From Candidatus Woesebacteria bacterium RIFCSPLOWO2_01_FULL_39_23 (GTDB lineage Bacteria > Patescibacteriota > Microgenomatia > UBA8517), in the NCBI GenBank assembly GCA_001793095.1, contig MGHG01000005.1:6569-70568 (forward strand): a stretch of DNA of 64,000 nt. Reading direction: 5' to 3'. Positions 50,474-59,512 of the stretch are shown here, in pieces. A program made the translations under genes and the position numbers. Numbering within the stretch: the first letter of the stretch is position 1; every line of letters starts with the position of its first letter. The notes under the pieces are model-generated. The model was not told the DNA's origin and searched no databases. It worked only from the letters and a program-made list of their open reading frames with translations.

Positions 50474-51010
50474 TTACTCGATAGTAATTTCACCCTCCAT
50501 CCCCTGAGCCCTATGGTTCCCAACTGAGCAATAGAAAGTAAACGTTCCCGCTTTGTCAGCCGTAAATTCAACCATATCGGTTGTTCCGGGCGTTATCGTT
50601 TTCGTCGAGACACCAAGTTCACTTATAACTAAATTGTGAGGAAATTTACCTGTGTTTTTAAAAGTTATTTGGACTTTTTCTCCTTTTGCTACTGTCAAGG
50701 CGGATGGCGAGAAAGAAAATTCACTGCCTTCAACTGCGACTTCCTTAAGCTGATCCGTAGATCCTAACGTAGTCGTTGGCATTGTAGTCACATTGGTTGT
50801 GCTTGTCGGATTAGTCTGACTAATATTCTGTGCGGTACCCGCAGGAAGATTGGTCGATCTAATTTTATTTTTCGACATTACCAAGTAACCGCCTACTGCC
50901 AAAATTGCTATCGCGAGAACAGCTATTGCAATCATCATGCTTTTATTCCCCGAAGAATTAGTTTGACCACCTGTATCTATTTTATTATTATCTTCGTCCA
51001 TATTTTTCAC
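50474..51010 (-). CDS. membrane-anchored cupredoxin
   Basis: PHN...FYCSVGNHRAQGM type-1 copper ligands. Confidence 0.85.
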   Translation of the reverse strand: MKNMDEDNNKIDTGGQTNSSGNKSMMIAIAVLAIAILAVGGYLVMSKNKIRSTNLPAGTAQNISQTNPTSTTNVTTMPTTTLGSTDQLKEVAVEGSEFSFSPSALTVAKGEKVQITFKNTGKFPHNLVISELGVSTKTITPGTTDMVEFTADKAGTFTFYCSVGNHRAQGMEGEITIE

Positions 51011-51162
51011 CTCCCTACGGGTCAGAGACCCTCTGGGTCGGTGACCTCTTTAGCTAGCAATTTACTTTAATAAAATAACAAATATCTAAAAATGCTATCG
51101 TTATTTACAAATGTTATCTATGAGATTTCTCACAGGCAGTTTAGGGGTTCTATTCAAAGTCG

Positions 51163-51897
51163 CTAAACAAAAAGGAATCCAAGAAGTCTCATCCAAGAAG
51201 GTTTCTCGATCGACAATATTTCTCCCCCCACCGCTGATACTTTAGCTTCAACCGGAAATGTATAATCGTAGACATTAAGTATCGGAATAACTTTTTCAGC
51301 CTGGACCAAATAATAAAGGTTGCCGTCTTCATCTTCTGATATCCTCACTTCATCTCCCTTGGAATGCATGGTTGCGACACCGGATCTGATTAAAGAGGTT
51401 ACTGCCTGCCTCGGAAGAATAGAAAGGAACTTATAACCGGTTGGAGTCGCAAGGGCAAGCTTTGCGTTTTTCGGGTCGATTTCAATCTGATAGTCAGTAA
51501 CAGCCTTGATATCTCCCTGATTCAAGGAAAAGGCACCGTTAACAACACTTATTGATAGCCTCTCTACAGTCGGCCGCTCCTCTATTTGTAAAATTTCATC
51601 TGTTACACCTGAGACGTCAAACTCTTTACCACCCGTCGCACTAAGGACAGACAAGAGCATCTTGCCGTTTTCTTTAGATAACGAAACCTTTGCATTATCA
51701 AATTTTGCCCCGGAGTCTTCGTTGACTATTTTCAAACTTCCCCCATCCGTTTCCACGGCCAATACATTTACAAGGGTACTGCCTTCTTTTGTAATAGTTA
51801 TAAAGGCAGCACTAGCTTCATTTAAACCAACTTTGAAAGTTGATACAAAGGAAAAGACAAAAATAATAAAATACTTTGCACTATTTATTTTCCGCAT
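51163..51897 (-). CDS. exported hypothetical protein
   Basis: Signal-peptide-like N-terminus. Confidence 0.6.
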   Translation of the reverse strand: MRKINSAKYFIIFVFSFVSTFKVGLNEASAAFITITKEGSTLVNVLAVETDGGSLKIVNEDSGAKFDNAKVSLSKENGKMLLSVLSATGGKEFDVSGVTDEILQIEERPTVERLSISVVNGAFSLNQGDIKAVTDYQIEIDPKNAKLALATPTGYKFLSILPRQAVTSLIRSGVATMHSKGDEVRISEDEDGNLYYLVQAEKVIPILNVYDYTFPVEAKVSAVGGEILSIEKPSWMRLLGFLFV

Positions 51898-51997
51898 ATT
51901 TAACGCATAATTTCCGAAGGGTACAATTCTATACCCTTCGAGCCCCGTATAAACGATTCCAATTCAATCGGGATGAATTCTGTGCGGGGCCGGCTCC

Positions 51998-52174
51998 CTA
52001 CCTTCCCATCTTCAGATATATCCCAAATAGAGCTAAAACTGAAGCGACCAATAGCCACTGGGTTGAAGCAAGCCAAATATCAACTCCAAGATATCCAAAT
52101 CCTGCCAAGACTACCGCCGCCACTGCTCCTCCGACCAAAACTTTAGATGCTGTAGCTACATCTTTCTTAGTCAT
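51998..52174 (-). CDS. small membrane protein
   Basis: Two hydrophobic segments; GAAGGTG SD upstream of ATG 52174. Confidence 0.55.
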   Translation of the reverse strand: MTKKDVATASKVLVGGAVAAVVLAGFGYLGVDIWLASTQWLLVASVLALFGIYLKMGR

Positions 52175-52187
52175 ATGTATCACCTTC

Positions 52188-52325
52188 TCCCGCACCAAAT
52201 TAATAGAAAATATTCCATTGATTTTGAATATACCATTTATACATCTTAGACAACATTTAAATACTTCATTTATAAATAAACTTGAGTATCATATTTTAAA
52301 AATCAACTATTAATTTGGTGCGGGA
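52188..52325. mobile_element. 138-bp MITE-like element
   Basis: Perfect 15-bp terminal inverted repeats TCCCGCACCAAATTA/TAATTTGGTGCGGGA flanked by a 4-bp direct repeat CTTC; AT-rich non-coding interior. Confidence 0.8.
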
Positions 52326-52336
52326 CTTCCGCCATT

Positions 52337-52861
52337 TTAATAAATATAACCCTTGATTACAAAGCCCGTCACATAAGCAACCACCGCAGCCACCCCGCCG
52401 ATAAGAAGCATTTCAAATCCGCTTCTTAACCACTTCTTTTTAGTGTAATTTCCCTTGAGTGCCCCGATTATAAAAAGGAGTATAAAAACTAAACTCAAAG
52501 ACAGTATAAAATTACTACTTCTTAACCCCAATATATAGGGAATGAGCGGAACCAAACCCGCTGAATCGAATGCTAAAAATGTTACCAGCGCCTGTCTTTT
52601 AGGAGTTGCTTCAGAAATATGCTTATCTCCTTCTACCTGCTCATACTCCACCTCGCTTTTAACACCAAGATATGTACCTGCGGACATAGAAAGCCCGTCG
52701 GCGAAAAGATTAGCAAATCCCAGTATAACGACCACTGTCGGGTCCAAAGATGCTCCCGTGGCTCCAGCAACCACAGCAAAAGTGGTTACAACTCCATCGC
52801 TTGCTGCAAAAACCGAGTCTCGCAAATAGGATGCCCGCTTATGCAAAAGAGCCTCTTTCAT
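52337..52861 (-). CDS. VIT1/CCC1-family transporter
   Basis: DSVFAASDG.VTTFAVVAG...ANLFADGLSM. Confidence 0.9.
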   Translation of the reverse strand: MKEALLHKRASYLRDSVFAASDGVVTTFAVVAGATGASLDPTVVVILGFANLFADGLSMSAGTYLGVKSEVEYEQVEGDKHISEATPKRQALVTFLAFDSAGLVPLIPYILGLRSSNFILSLSLVFILLFIIGALKGNYTKKKWLRSGFEMLLIGGVAAVVAYVTGFVIKGYIY

Positions 52862-52927
52862 CTTATTTCATATTAACATAATTTCCTGTTGCAATTATTG
52901 TCAGTCTTGTTAATATTAATCCACCTC

Positions 52928-53386
52928 ATGGATAAATTTAAAACCCTGGTAATAACAATAATTCTAGTTTTTCTTGCTTTTATTGCCGCTTGGTTTTCCC
53001 TTTTTAATAAATTCAAAATCTTCCCGCCAAAAGCAAGCTCAAATCCCACATCCAATATTCAAATAACTGAAACCCAACAAAATGTAAGCCTGAAGGTAGT
53101 TTTTCCTGATGATAATGTCAATTACATTAAGGAGTTTAAAGCGGAAAATAACGAGACAGCATACAGCATACTTACCGAAGCTCTGGAAATCCGAAAAATT
53201 CCATACGAAACTAAAAAATATGATTTTGGTGTTTTCGTCAAGTCGATAAAAGGCCTCGAAAGTACAGCCCAGAAATCATGGATTTATTTTGTTAACGGAG
53301 AAAGCGGAGCTGTTGCAGCCGATCAATATAGATTACAAGCTGGTGACAAGGTGGAGTGGAAATATATACCCCCTTCGGGGGAATGA
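52928..53386 (+). CDS. DUF4430 (transcobalamin C-terminal-like) membrane-anchored protein
   Basis: FGVFV.SI.G...WIYFVNG....VAADQY.L..GDKVEW.Y. Confidence 0.8.
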   Translation: MDKFKTLVITIILVFLAFIAAWFSLFNKFKIFPPKASSNPTSNIQITETQQNVSLKVVFPDDNVNYIKEFKAENNETAYSILTEALEIRKIPYETKKYDFGVFVKSIKGLESTAQKSWIYFVNGESGAVAADQYRLQAGDKVEWKYIPPSGE

Positions 53387-53389
53387 CAA

Positions 53390-54025
53390 ATGCTAAATTA
53401 TAAATTTCAAATTAAAAGACACAATAAGCCTTCTCGTACTTCATACTACTTGCTACTTTCTACATTGTTCCTCGTTGCTTTCTTAGAACGTACTGTTTGG
53501 GATCTGGGACCGAATGTCGAGCTGGTAACGACGGTGATGATTTTAGCCTCGTTTTATCTTGGCAGAAAAGAATCTTTCTGGCTTACGTTCACAATAATCG
53601 CGACGACAGATAGACTTATCGGAAACTCAAGCATCTTCCTCTTCACCTGGAGCGGCTTCCTCCTTCCGGCATTTCTAGCCGGTAGTGTATTTAAATACCT
53701 ATCTACTAAATACAAGCATCCAGCTACAAAGAAAATATTAGATGGTGTTTTGTTAACTTCCTTAGGTATCTCTTCTAATATTTTCTTTTATCTCTGGACC
53801 AATTTTGGCGTCTGGCTACTCGATTCCTGGGAAATGTATACCAATAATCTTCGTGGACTTCTCCTTTGCTACATCAACGGCCTGCCATTTTTGAAGAATC
53901 AAATGGTCAGCTCACTTCTCTTTATCCCGCTGGGAATTGTCCTAATCGAAGCTGCCTTAAAACTAGCAATAAAATACAAGTCGAATTATGCAAATTATCT
54001 TCAGATCCTTAAAGATTCACACTAA
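53390..54025 (+). CDS. DUF6580-like / ECF-type S-component membrane protein
   Basis: PNVE.VT, FFY.WTNFGVW, Y.....GL..CY..GLPF. Confidence 0.7.
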   Translation: MLNYKFQIKRHNKPSRTSYYLLLSTLFLVAFLERTVWDLGPNVELVTTVMILASFYLGRKESFWLTFTIIATTDRLIGNSSIFLFTWSGFLLPAFLAGSVFKYLSTKYKHPATKKILDGVLLTSLGISSNIFFYLWTNFGVWLLDSWEMYTNNLRGLLLCYINGLPFLKNQMVSSLLFIPLGIVLIEAALKLAIKYKSNYANYLQILKDSH

Positions 54026-54066
54026 AACTCTTAATTCTTAATCTTTAAGAGGCAAAAAGTGAGACT

Positions 54067-54309
54067 TTATTGCGAAGGTGGTTTATATACAAAATTCGGG
54101 TCAAAGACCTTAGATGAATCTTCCTTCGGTACTACATGAAGTGTAATTGCCGTTATCGGCACTACCCCTTTTATATAGTCCGCTTTACACCTCAAACACC
54201 AATTCGTTATTGCTTCTTCTCCTATGCCATGTGGGTTAACAGACCTAATTATGGCTGGAATGGGACATCCGACTATAGAGCATCCATCGGGTTTTAATTG
54301 TTCCAGCAT
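54067..54309 (-). CDS. hypothetical Cys-containing protein
   Basis: ORF track. Confidence 0.45.
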   Translation of the reverse strand: MLEQLKPDGCSIVGCPIPAIIRSVNPHGIGEEAITNWCLRCKADYIKGVVPITAITLHVVPKEDSSKVFDPNFVYKPPSQ

Positions 54310-54345
54310 AGCTTATTATACTTTCACGGAATCTAGAAATACAAG

Positions 54346-54885
54346 CTATATTCTGACTTTATTCGAAGGTTTAAACTTCCACCCCGGTAAATTGTCTGAA
54401 AAATCCTGCACCACACCGATTGCTGCTTGCGACGATTTAATGCGCGGCCCCTTGCGTAACTCTGTTGGTGTCATGCAAAAAATAATATCCAAGGTGTTAT
54501 CTCCCGCACCTGTAACATACACTTGAACGTTAGCTGAATTACCTGTATACTCTTTTTCGCGTTCAAATCCTAATCTTTTAGCAATTACTTCGGGGTCAAA
54601 ATCGAATTCATCTTTCAAATCAAGTTGCCTATTGTTACGTTTGGCCATAACCTCTTCAATTGTAAAACCCTCTCGCTTATATAGCTTAGTCACTGGAATC
54701 CGGAGATAACCAACGCCAGTACGTTCAGGACTTAATAATGCCTGAAGCTTAAGCCCATTAGTCGTAGTTACCGAACAATAAAAGACACCATTTCTAAGTT
54801 CAGCGTCATCCCACTTTTTGACTTGGCGCGAGATTTCGCCTCCATTTTCTTCAATATACTGCCATGTTTCCCTAGATGGTGCCAT
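54346..54885 (-). CDS. hypothetical protein
   Basis: ORF track; probable ATG 54885. Confidence 0.55.
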   Translation of the reverse strand: MAPSRETWQYIEENGGEISRQVKKWDDAELRNGVFYCSVTTTNGLKLQALLSPERTGVGYLRIPVTKLYKREGFTIEEVMAKRNNRQLDLKDEFDFDPEVIAKRLGFEREKEYTGNSANVQVYVTGAGDNTLDIIFCMTPTELRKGPRIKSSQAAIGVVQDFSDNLPGWKFKPSNKVRI

Positions 54886-55074
54886 GTGACATAAATATAG
54901 CACTTAATGATTAATATGCAATCAATAATTGAATATGAATAGTTAACGTTATATTACAATATATAAGAGAAAACCATCTAGCCTGGCTTCCCTTTCTTTA
55001 GAAGTTATATTACGAATAATGAATTTATTTACTACTCACTTAATATTTCTATGTTCGTATATTACAGTTATTAT

Positions 55075-55770
55075 ATGGGTTACTTTGGTAAATTAGATGA
55101 AAGAATCAAAGTACAAGAACTTCGTAGGAAGGGGTATTCTTACAATGAGATACTTCAATATGTAACAGTTTCTAAAGATACTCTGAGCAGATGGTGCAGT
55201 AATATTCCCCTATCTGTCGAACAACAAAACCGTTTATTAAAAAACAAATCTTTAGGACAACGTAAGGGATCGCTAATAGCTGCAGAGAAAAAAAGGGAAG
55301 AAAGGATATTTAGAACAAATGCAATTATGAATAAAGCCAAAAAGGAAGTGGGGAAACTGAACAAAAGAGAAAGATTTATAGCTGGTTTAGCTTACTATTC
55401 AGCAGAAGGCGATAAATCTGAGAGCAAAAGTGGTTTTGCCAATTCTGACCCTAAAGTAATATGTTTCATGATTAATTGGTTCAAGGAGTTCTGTAATATC
55501 CCTGAGTCAAAATTTCGTGGAGCTTTGTGGTTACATGAAGGTTTAAATGACTATCAAGCGAGAAGGTTCTGGTCAAAAATCACAGGAATACCACTAGAAC
55601 AATTTTATAAGACTTACATTGCAAAAAACAAACAAGACAGTAAAAAGGTCAGAAAAAATCTACATCTATATGGGGTATTTTCTATAAGGTTTTGCGATGT
55701 AAACATACAAAGGAAAATATTAGGATGGATTTCAGGTTTATTTGATGCTAAAATCGGTACTGCTCTTTAA
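55075..55770 (+). CDS. N-terminal HTH + single-motif LAGLIDADG-like domain protein (tRNA-adjacent)
   Basis: LRRKGYSYNEI...VSKDTLSRW; AGLAYYSAEG...FANSDP; FWSKITGIP; paralog of 7309-7992; stop is 3 nt before tRNA-Asn. Confidence 0.7.
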   Translation: MGYFGKLDERIKVQELRRKGYSYNEILQYVTVSKDTLSRWCSNIPLSVEQQNRLLKNKSLGQRKGSLIAAEKKREERIFRTNAIMNKAKKEVGKLNKRERFIAGLAYYSAEGDKSESKSGFANSDPKVICFMINWFKEFCNIPESKFRGALWLHEGLNDYQARRFWSKITGIPLEQFYKTYIAKNKQDSKKVRKNLHLYGVFSIRFCDVNIQRKILGWISGLFDAKIGTAL

Positions 55771-55773
55771 TAT

Positions 55774-56066
55774 TCCCCGGTAGCTCAGCGGTAGAGCGGA
55801 TTCCTGTGATTTCTTAGCAGCTCTTAAGGGAAACTTTAAGATGAAAACTGGGAGAATTGCGTGAAGCCCCTATCTTCGGATGAGGTAACCCGCAGCCGAT
55901 CCTTTGTTAAAGTGGAAAGCACTGCTTTAGCTTAGGCAGGTTCAGAAACTATGCACCCAGACTCTAATCCAAATCGGCATGAGTAAGATATAGTTCCGCG
56001 TCCCATGGAAACATGGGGGTACGAGTAAGAATAAGGTCGTAGGTTCGAATCCTACCCGGGGAGCCA
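55774..56066 (+). tRNA. tRNA-Asn(GTT) interrupted by a group I intron (exons 55774-55807 and 56026-56066, CCA encoded)
   Basis: TCCCCGG/CCGGGGA-G-CCA acceptor, GATTC-CT-GT^T-AA-GAATA anticodon arm, GTAGG-TTCGAAT-CCTAC T-arm. Confidence 0.9.
55808..56025 (+). ncRNA. group I intron (218 nt, no ORF) inside the anticodon (35/36)
   Basis: Guide TTCTTA-GCAG pairs with 3' exon TAAGAA (P10) and 5' exon CTGT (P1, U.G); P3 CTGGG/CCCAG; AATTGCGTGAA and ACCCGCAGC elements; P7 GAAACTA/TAGTTC; P9 CCCATG-GAAA-CATGGG; terminal G. Confidence 0.9.
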
Positions 56067-56090
56067 GAATCTTTTGTAGTATAATTAAGT

Positions 56091-56387
56091 ATGCATAATA
56101 TTCCAACCCCAGAAGGCTTGCAAGCAGTTCTGTGGTCAAAAAAATTAAACAACATAGACATTAATAAAGACAAAAACTATATCATTAATCAGGTGCTTGC
56201 CTACGGCCTTATAGAACATATCCAGTGGCTCTTTAAGGTGTATTCAAGAAATACAATTATTGAAACTTTTTTGGAAAATCCTTCCAAGATATACTCAGAT
56301 AAAGCTTTAAATTTCATAAAGTTCATTCTTTTTGAAAATAATCCTGTCAATTTAGACGAGAAAAAATATGTCCGATATCCACTTTGA
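56091..56387 (+). CDS. DUF6922-like partner/antitoxin of the AbiEii-type nucleotidyltransferase
   Basis: VLWS.....ID..KDK.YII.QVL.YG....I.WL...Y; overlaps the downstream gene. Confidence 0.65.
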   Translation: MHNIPTPEGLQAVLWSKKLNNIDINKDKNYIINQVLAYGLIEHIQWLFKVYSRNTIIETFLENPSKIYSDKALNFIKFILFENNPVNLDEKKYVRYPL

Positions 56388-56997
56388 AATACTCGATCCG
56401 GACAGATTGGAAGTATTCAAACTCCTAGCTAAATTCAAAAAATATGGCGTATTGGGAGGTGGTACTGCTATCGCACTTCAAATAAAACATCGAAAATCTT
56501 TTGATTTTGACATTTTTTTAAATCAGAGTGTTCCAGAGGAATTAAAAGAGAGTGTAAAAAGTGTTTACAGAGATTTCCAGATACTTCGTGAAGAAGCTAA
56601 TCAAATAGACTACATTGTAAAAAAGGAAATAAAATTAACTTTTCTAAAACACGCGTTTCCCCCTCTGCATTCACTTATAGATACAGGATATATAGAACTT
56701 TTCAATCTAAAAGATTTAGCTAGTAACAAAGCGGCAACCATCGGCAGGAGAGGAACTTGGAGGGATTATGTCGATTTATTCTTTTTAATAAAAGATGGCA
56801 CCTCGAATTTAAAAGAGATCATAGATGAGACAGAAAAAAGGTTTGGGGGTGAGTTCAATAAAAGACTTTTTCTTGAGCAGCTCCTCTACACAAGGGATAT
56901 AACTGACTATGAAATTGACTTTCTTGGTAAAAAACATGAACCCGAAGAAATTAAAAACTTCTTTGAAGATCAAGTAAAAAGTTATAATAGGTTCTAA
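56368..56997 (+). CDS. AbiEii/AbiGii-type nucleotidyltransferase
   Basis: LGGGTAIALQ..HR.S.DFD, K...I..R...RDY.DL. Confidence 0.85.
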   Translation: MSDIHFEILDPDRLEVFKLLAKFKKYGVLGGGTAIALQIKHRKSFDFDIFLNQSVPEELKESVKSVYRDFQILREEANQIDYIVKKEIKLTFLKHAFPPLHSLIDTGYIELFNLKDLASNKAATIGRRGTWRDYVDLFFLIKDGTSNLKEIIDETEKRFGGEFNKRLFLEQLLYTRDITDYEIDFLGKKHEPEEIKNFFEDQVKSYNRF

Positions 56998-57068
56998 AAT
57001 CCTCCTATATACCCACCATTCTTCTCAATTAGCTCTTTTTTTAGAACTTTTGATATACTTCAAATATT

Positions 57069-57356
57069 ATGAGGAATTTGCTTAGTAAGACATGTGCTTG
57101 GCTTCCTATTACAATGTCAGCTTCTGCATTGATATTTACACTTGTTTGGTTGGCGGTATTTGGAATTGTGCGCAGCGAAGATGAAGGTATAGCTGCCCAC
57201 ATTTTTCAGCTACTCATGGGTGGTCAGCTGCCAATAATTGCCTTCTTTGCTCTCAAATGGGTACCGCAAAAACCGAAGCAAGCTATAGGGGTATTGGCTC
57301 TGCAATTTGTTGCTGGAATTGTTGCCTATGCTCCAGTTTATTTTTTAAAGCTGTAG
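57069..57356 (+). CDS. small membrane protein
   Basis: Three TM segments; DEG.AAHIFQLLM..Q.P. Confidence 0.65.
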   Translation: MRNLLSKTCAWLPITMSASALIFTLVWLAVFGIVRSEDEGIAAHIFQLLMGGQLPIIAFFALKWVPQKPKQAIGVLALQFVAGIVAYAPVYFLKL

Positions 57357-57414
57357 CTTAATCCAGTATTTCTCTCTAATTGATTTATACAATCATAAAC
57401 TTCATTATTAAATA

Positions 57415-58263
57415 ATGCGCCAGAAAGGATTCATCCACGTTATTCTGCTTATATTAATTGTCTTTATCACTATGGGGGTGATGAGTTTTGTTATGTATAA
57501 CGGATCTAAGAAAGAGCTCAATCTTGAGGGAGATTCAAATTACATCTATAAAGACCAAGCAGAGAAAAAGATGAATAAAAAAGAATTTGGATGGCCAAGT
57601 AATACAGCGAAATACATAACCGCAGTTCCGGTTGATTTGACCCAGATTCAAAGCATATCTAAATACCGATCGTGTGCAGGTCACATTCGGGATGGATACG
57701 ACTTCGACCGTATTCGAGAATACGATAGCTCTATGAAACATTATTTGTACCCGATTCCTATGTATCAAGTCACAATGGATAAGGTAAAACTATTTGCTCC
57801 TTTTGACGGGAAAGTTATTCAGATTGATTACGAAAAAAATAAGGTGATCCCCGGTCGACCACATAACGGTAACGGTATTCATTTTTCAACTTTAGTTGAT
57901 CCTAATGTTAAATTTGTTTTTGGTCACCTATATTTCGCGCGAGATTTTAAAATCGGTGAGGAAGTAACAGCCGGGGAATTAATAGGCTATGCCGCTATTG
58001 GTGATAAAGGAACCGATTTTGATATCGACCTTTCAGGTATTAATAAAACAAATGATGACGTCGAAATCCTCGGTTCAGCCTTTGACCATATGACGGACAC
58101 AGTATTAGCGAAGTTCGCCAAATATGGAGTAACTTTGGAAAATATCAAGTTCAGTAAAGAGTATAGAGATGTCCACCCTTGTGGTTATTACGGAACGAAT
58201 AAAGACAGATCTGACCAATGCATTGGCAGAATAAACGAATGTTGGGTGCAATTAAAGCACTAA
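57415..58263 (+). CDS. surface protein with pilin-like (QKGF) N-terminus and M23-like beta domain
   Basis: LFAPFDGKV, FGHL, GEEV.AGELIG. Confidence 0.65.
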   Translation: MRQKGFIHVILLILIVFITMGVMSFVMYNGSKKELNLEGDSNYIYKDQAEKKMNKKEFGWPSNTAKYITAVPVDLTQIQSISKYRSCAGHIRDGYDFDRIREYDSSMKHYLYPIPMYQVTMDKVKLFAPFDGKVIQIDYEKNKVIPGRPHNGNGIHFSTLVDPNVKFVFGHLYFARDFKIGEEVTAGELIGYAAIGDKGTDFDIDLSGINKTNDDVEILGSAFDHMTDTVLAKFAKYGVTLENIKFSKEYRDVHPCGYYGTNKDRSDQCIGRINECWVQLKH

Positions 58264-58319
58264 AATTCTTCTTAAAGACTTTCGTTGACTTCGTCAAATA
58301 GAGACCTCATTATTAATTA

Positions 58320-58745
58320 ATGCGCCAGAAAGGATTCATTCATATCTTTCTTCTTTTCTTTATTGTTATCATTTTAGCTGTAGTTGGTATTACAACTTAT
58401 AACAACCGTTGAAACGATTAAAATTCACAACAAGACGAAAAAGACAATAAATTCAATTTTATAGAAAAACTAAGACAAAGCAGTAAATATCAAAATCCTT
58501 CCTTAAATTATAGTTTCCCAGACTGCTCTACAGATACTTCAGGAATTTTTACAAAATCTTTTAGGGGGGGTGGTTAACCGACTTATATAATTCCTCTCGG
58601 TGGTTCCATCAAGGCGGGCAAGTTACACCACAGATCATGTTTATCCAATAAGCTTTACTAACCAGAAAATCGTACCTATATATGCGCCGAAGGGCGCTGC
58701 AGTCAAAATGAATCTTTCCAAAAACCGATTACGTATGAATTAAAT
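58320..58745 (+). pseudogene. degraded paralog of 57415-58263
   Basis: Identical start ATGCGCCAGAAAGGATTCAT; early TGA; downstream TDHVY and VPIYAP remnants in shifted frames; 3' end approximate. Confidence 0.6.
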
Positions 58746-58816
58746 CAAAACCAACTCTCTGTCTGTTTTGAAAATTTAAATCAGATTCCCCTTTTCAGCC
58801 ATGGTAATATATTAAG

Positions 58817-59386
58817 ATGAACGTTAACAAACGCTTCGTGCTGGAACCGGACATGCGCGACGAACTTCTTAATACTCTGAAAGACCGTTTTGAGAAAAAC
58901 ATGAACCGCCATAAAGGCCTCGTCTGGTCTAAAGTGCAGGCAAGGCTGGAAGCTCATCCGAAAAAACTATTGTCACTTTATGAGATGGAAAGAACCGGCG
59001 GTGAACCGGATGTTGTTGGCCGCGATTCTAAAGCGGTTGAATACAAATTTTATGATTGTTCGGCGGAAACCCCCAAGGGCCGCAGAAATGTTTGCTACGA
59101 TCGTGAAGCATTGGAGTCAAGGAAAGAACATAAACCAAAAGGTTCTGCACTGGATATGGCAGAAACTATGGGAATTGAACTCTTAACTGAAGAGGAATAT
59201 CGGGAGCTGCAAAAACTTGGTTCTTTTGATACGAAGACATCAAGCTGGATAAAAACACCCGCTGACATTAGAAAACTCGGCGGTGCCCTCTTTGCTGACC
59301 GCCGTTACAATGCTGTCTTTATTTATCATAACGGTGCGGAATCTTATTATGCCGTTCGGGGATTCCGCGGTAAACTTCGGGTCTAA
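58817..59386 (+). CDS. DUF4256-family protein
   Basis: RFE.NM.RH, MERTGGEPDVV, CYDREAL, KTSSW, YHNGA.SYY..RGFRG; GC-richer than its flanks. Confidence 0.85.
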   Translation: MNVNKRFVLEPDMRDELLNTLKDRFEKNMNRHKGLVWSKVQARLEAHPKKLLSLYEMERTGGEPDVVGRDSKAVEYKFYDCSAETPKGRRNVCYDREALESRKEHKPKGSALDMAETMGIELLTEEEYRELQKLGSFDTKTSSWIKTPADIRKLGGALFADRRYNAVFIYHNGAESYYAVRGFRGKLRV

Positions 59387-59512
59387 TCCGCCAGCCTGCG
59401 TATGCACGAACAGCTAAATTTGAATTTGAGGATCTCCTGAATAAAGAAAGAAATTATCTGAAAAGGAGGGTGAGATTTTCACAAAGCACAATTTGCTGTA
59501 CCATATGCTCAT

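Noticed and set aside
55942-56173. Minus-strand ORFs over the tRNA-Asn intron as intron-encoded proteins
   Set aside because: Short, antisense to the tRNA and intron, cross the exon, and have no endonuclease motifs.
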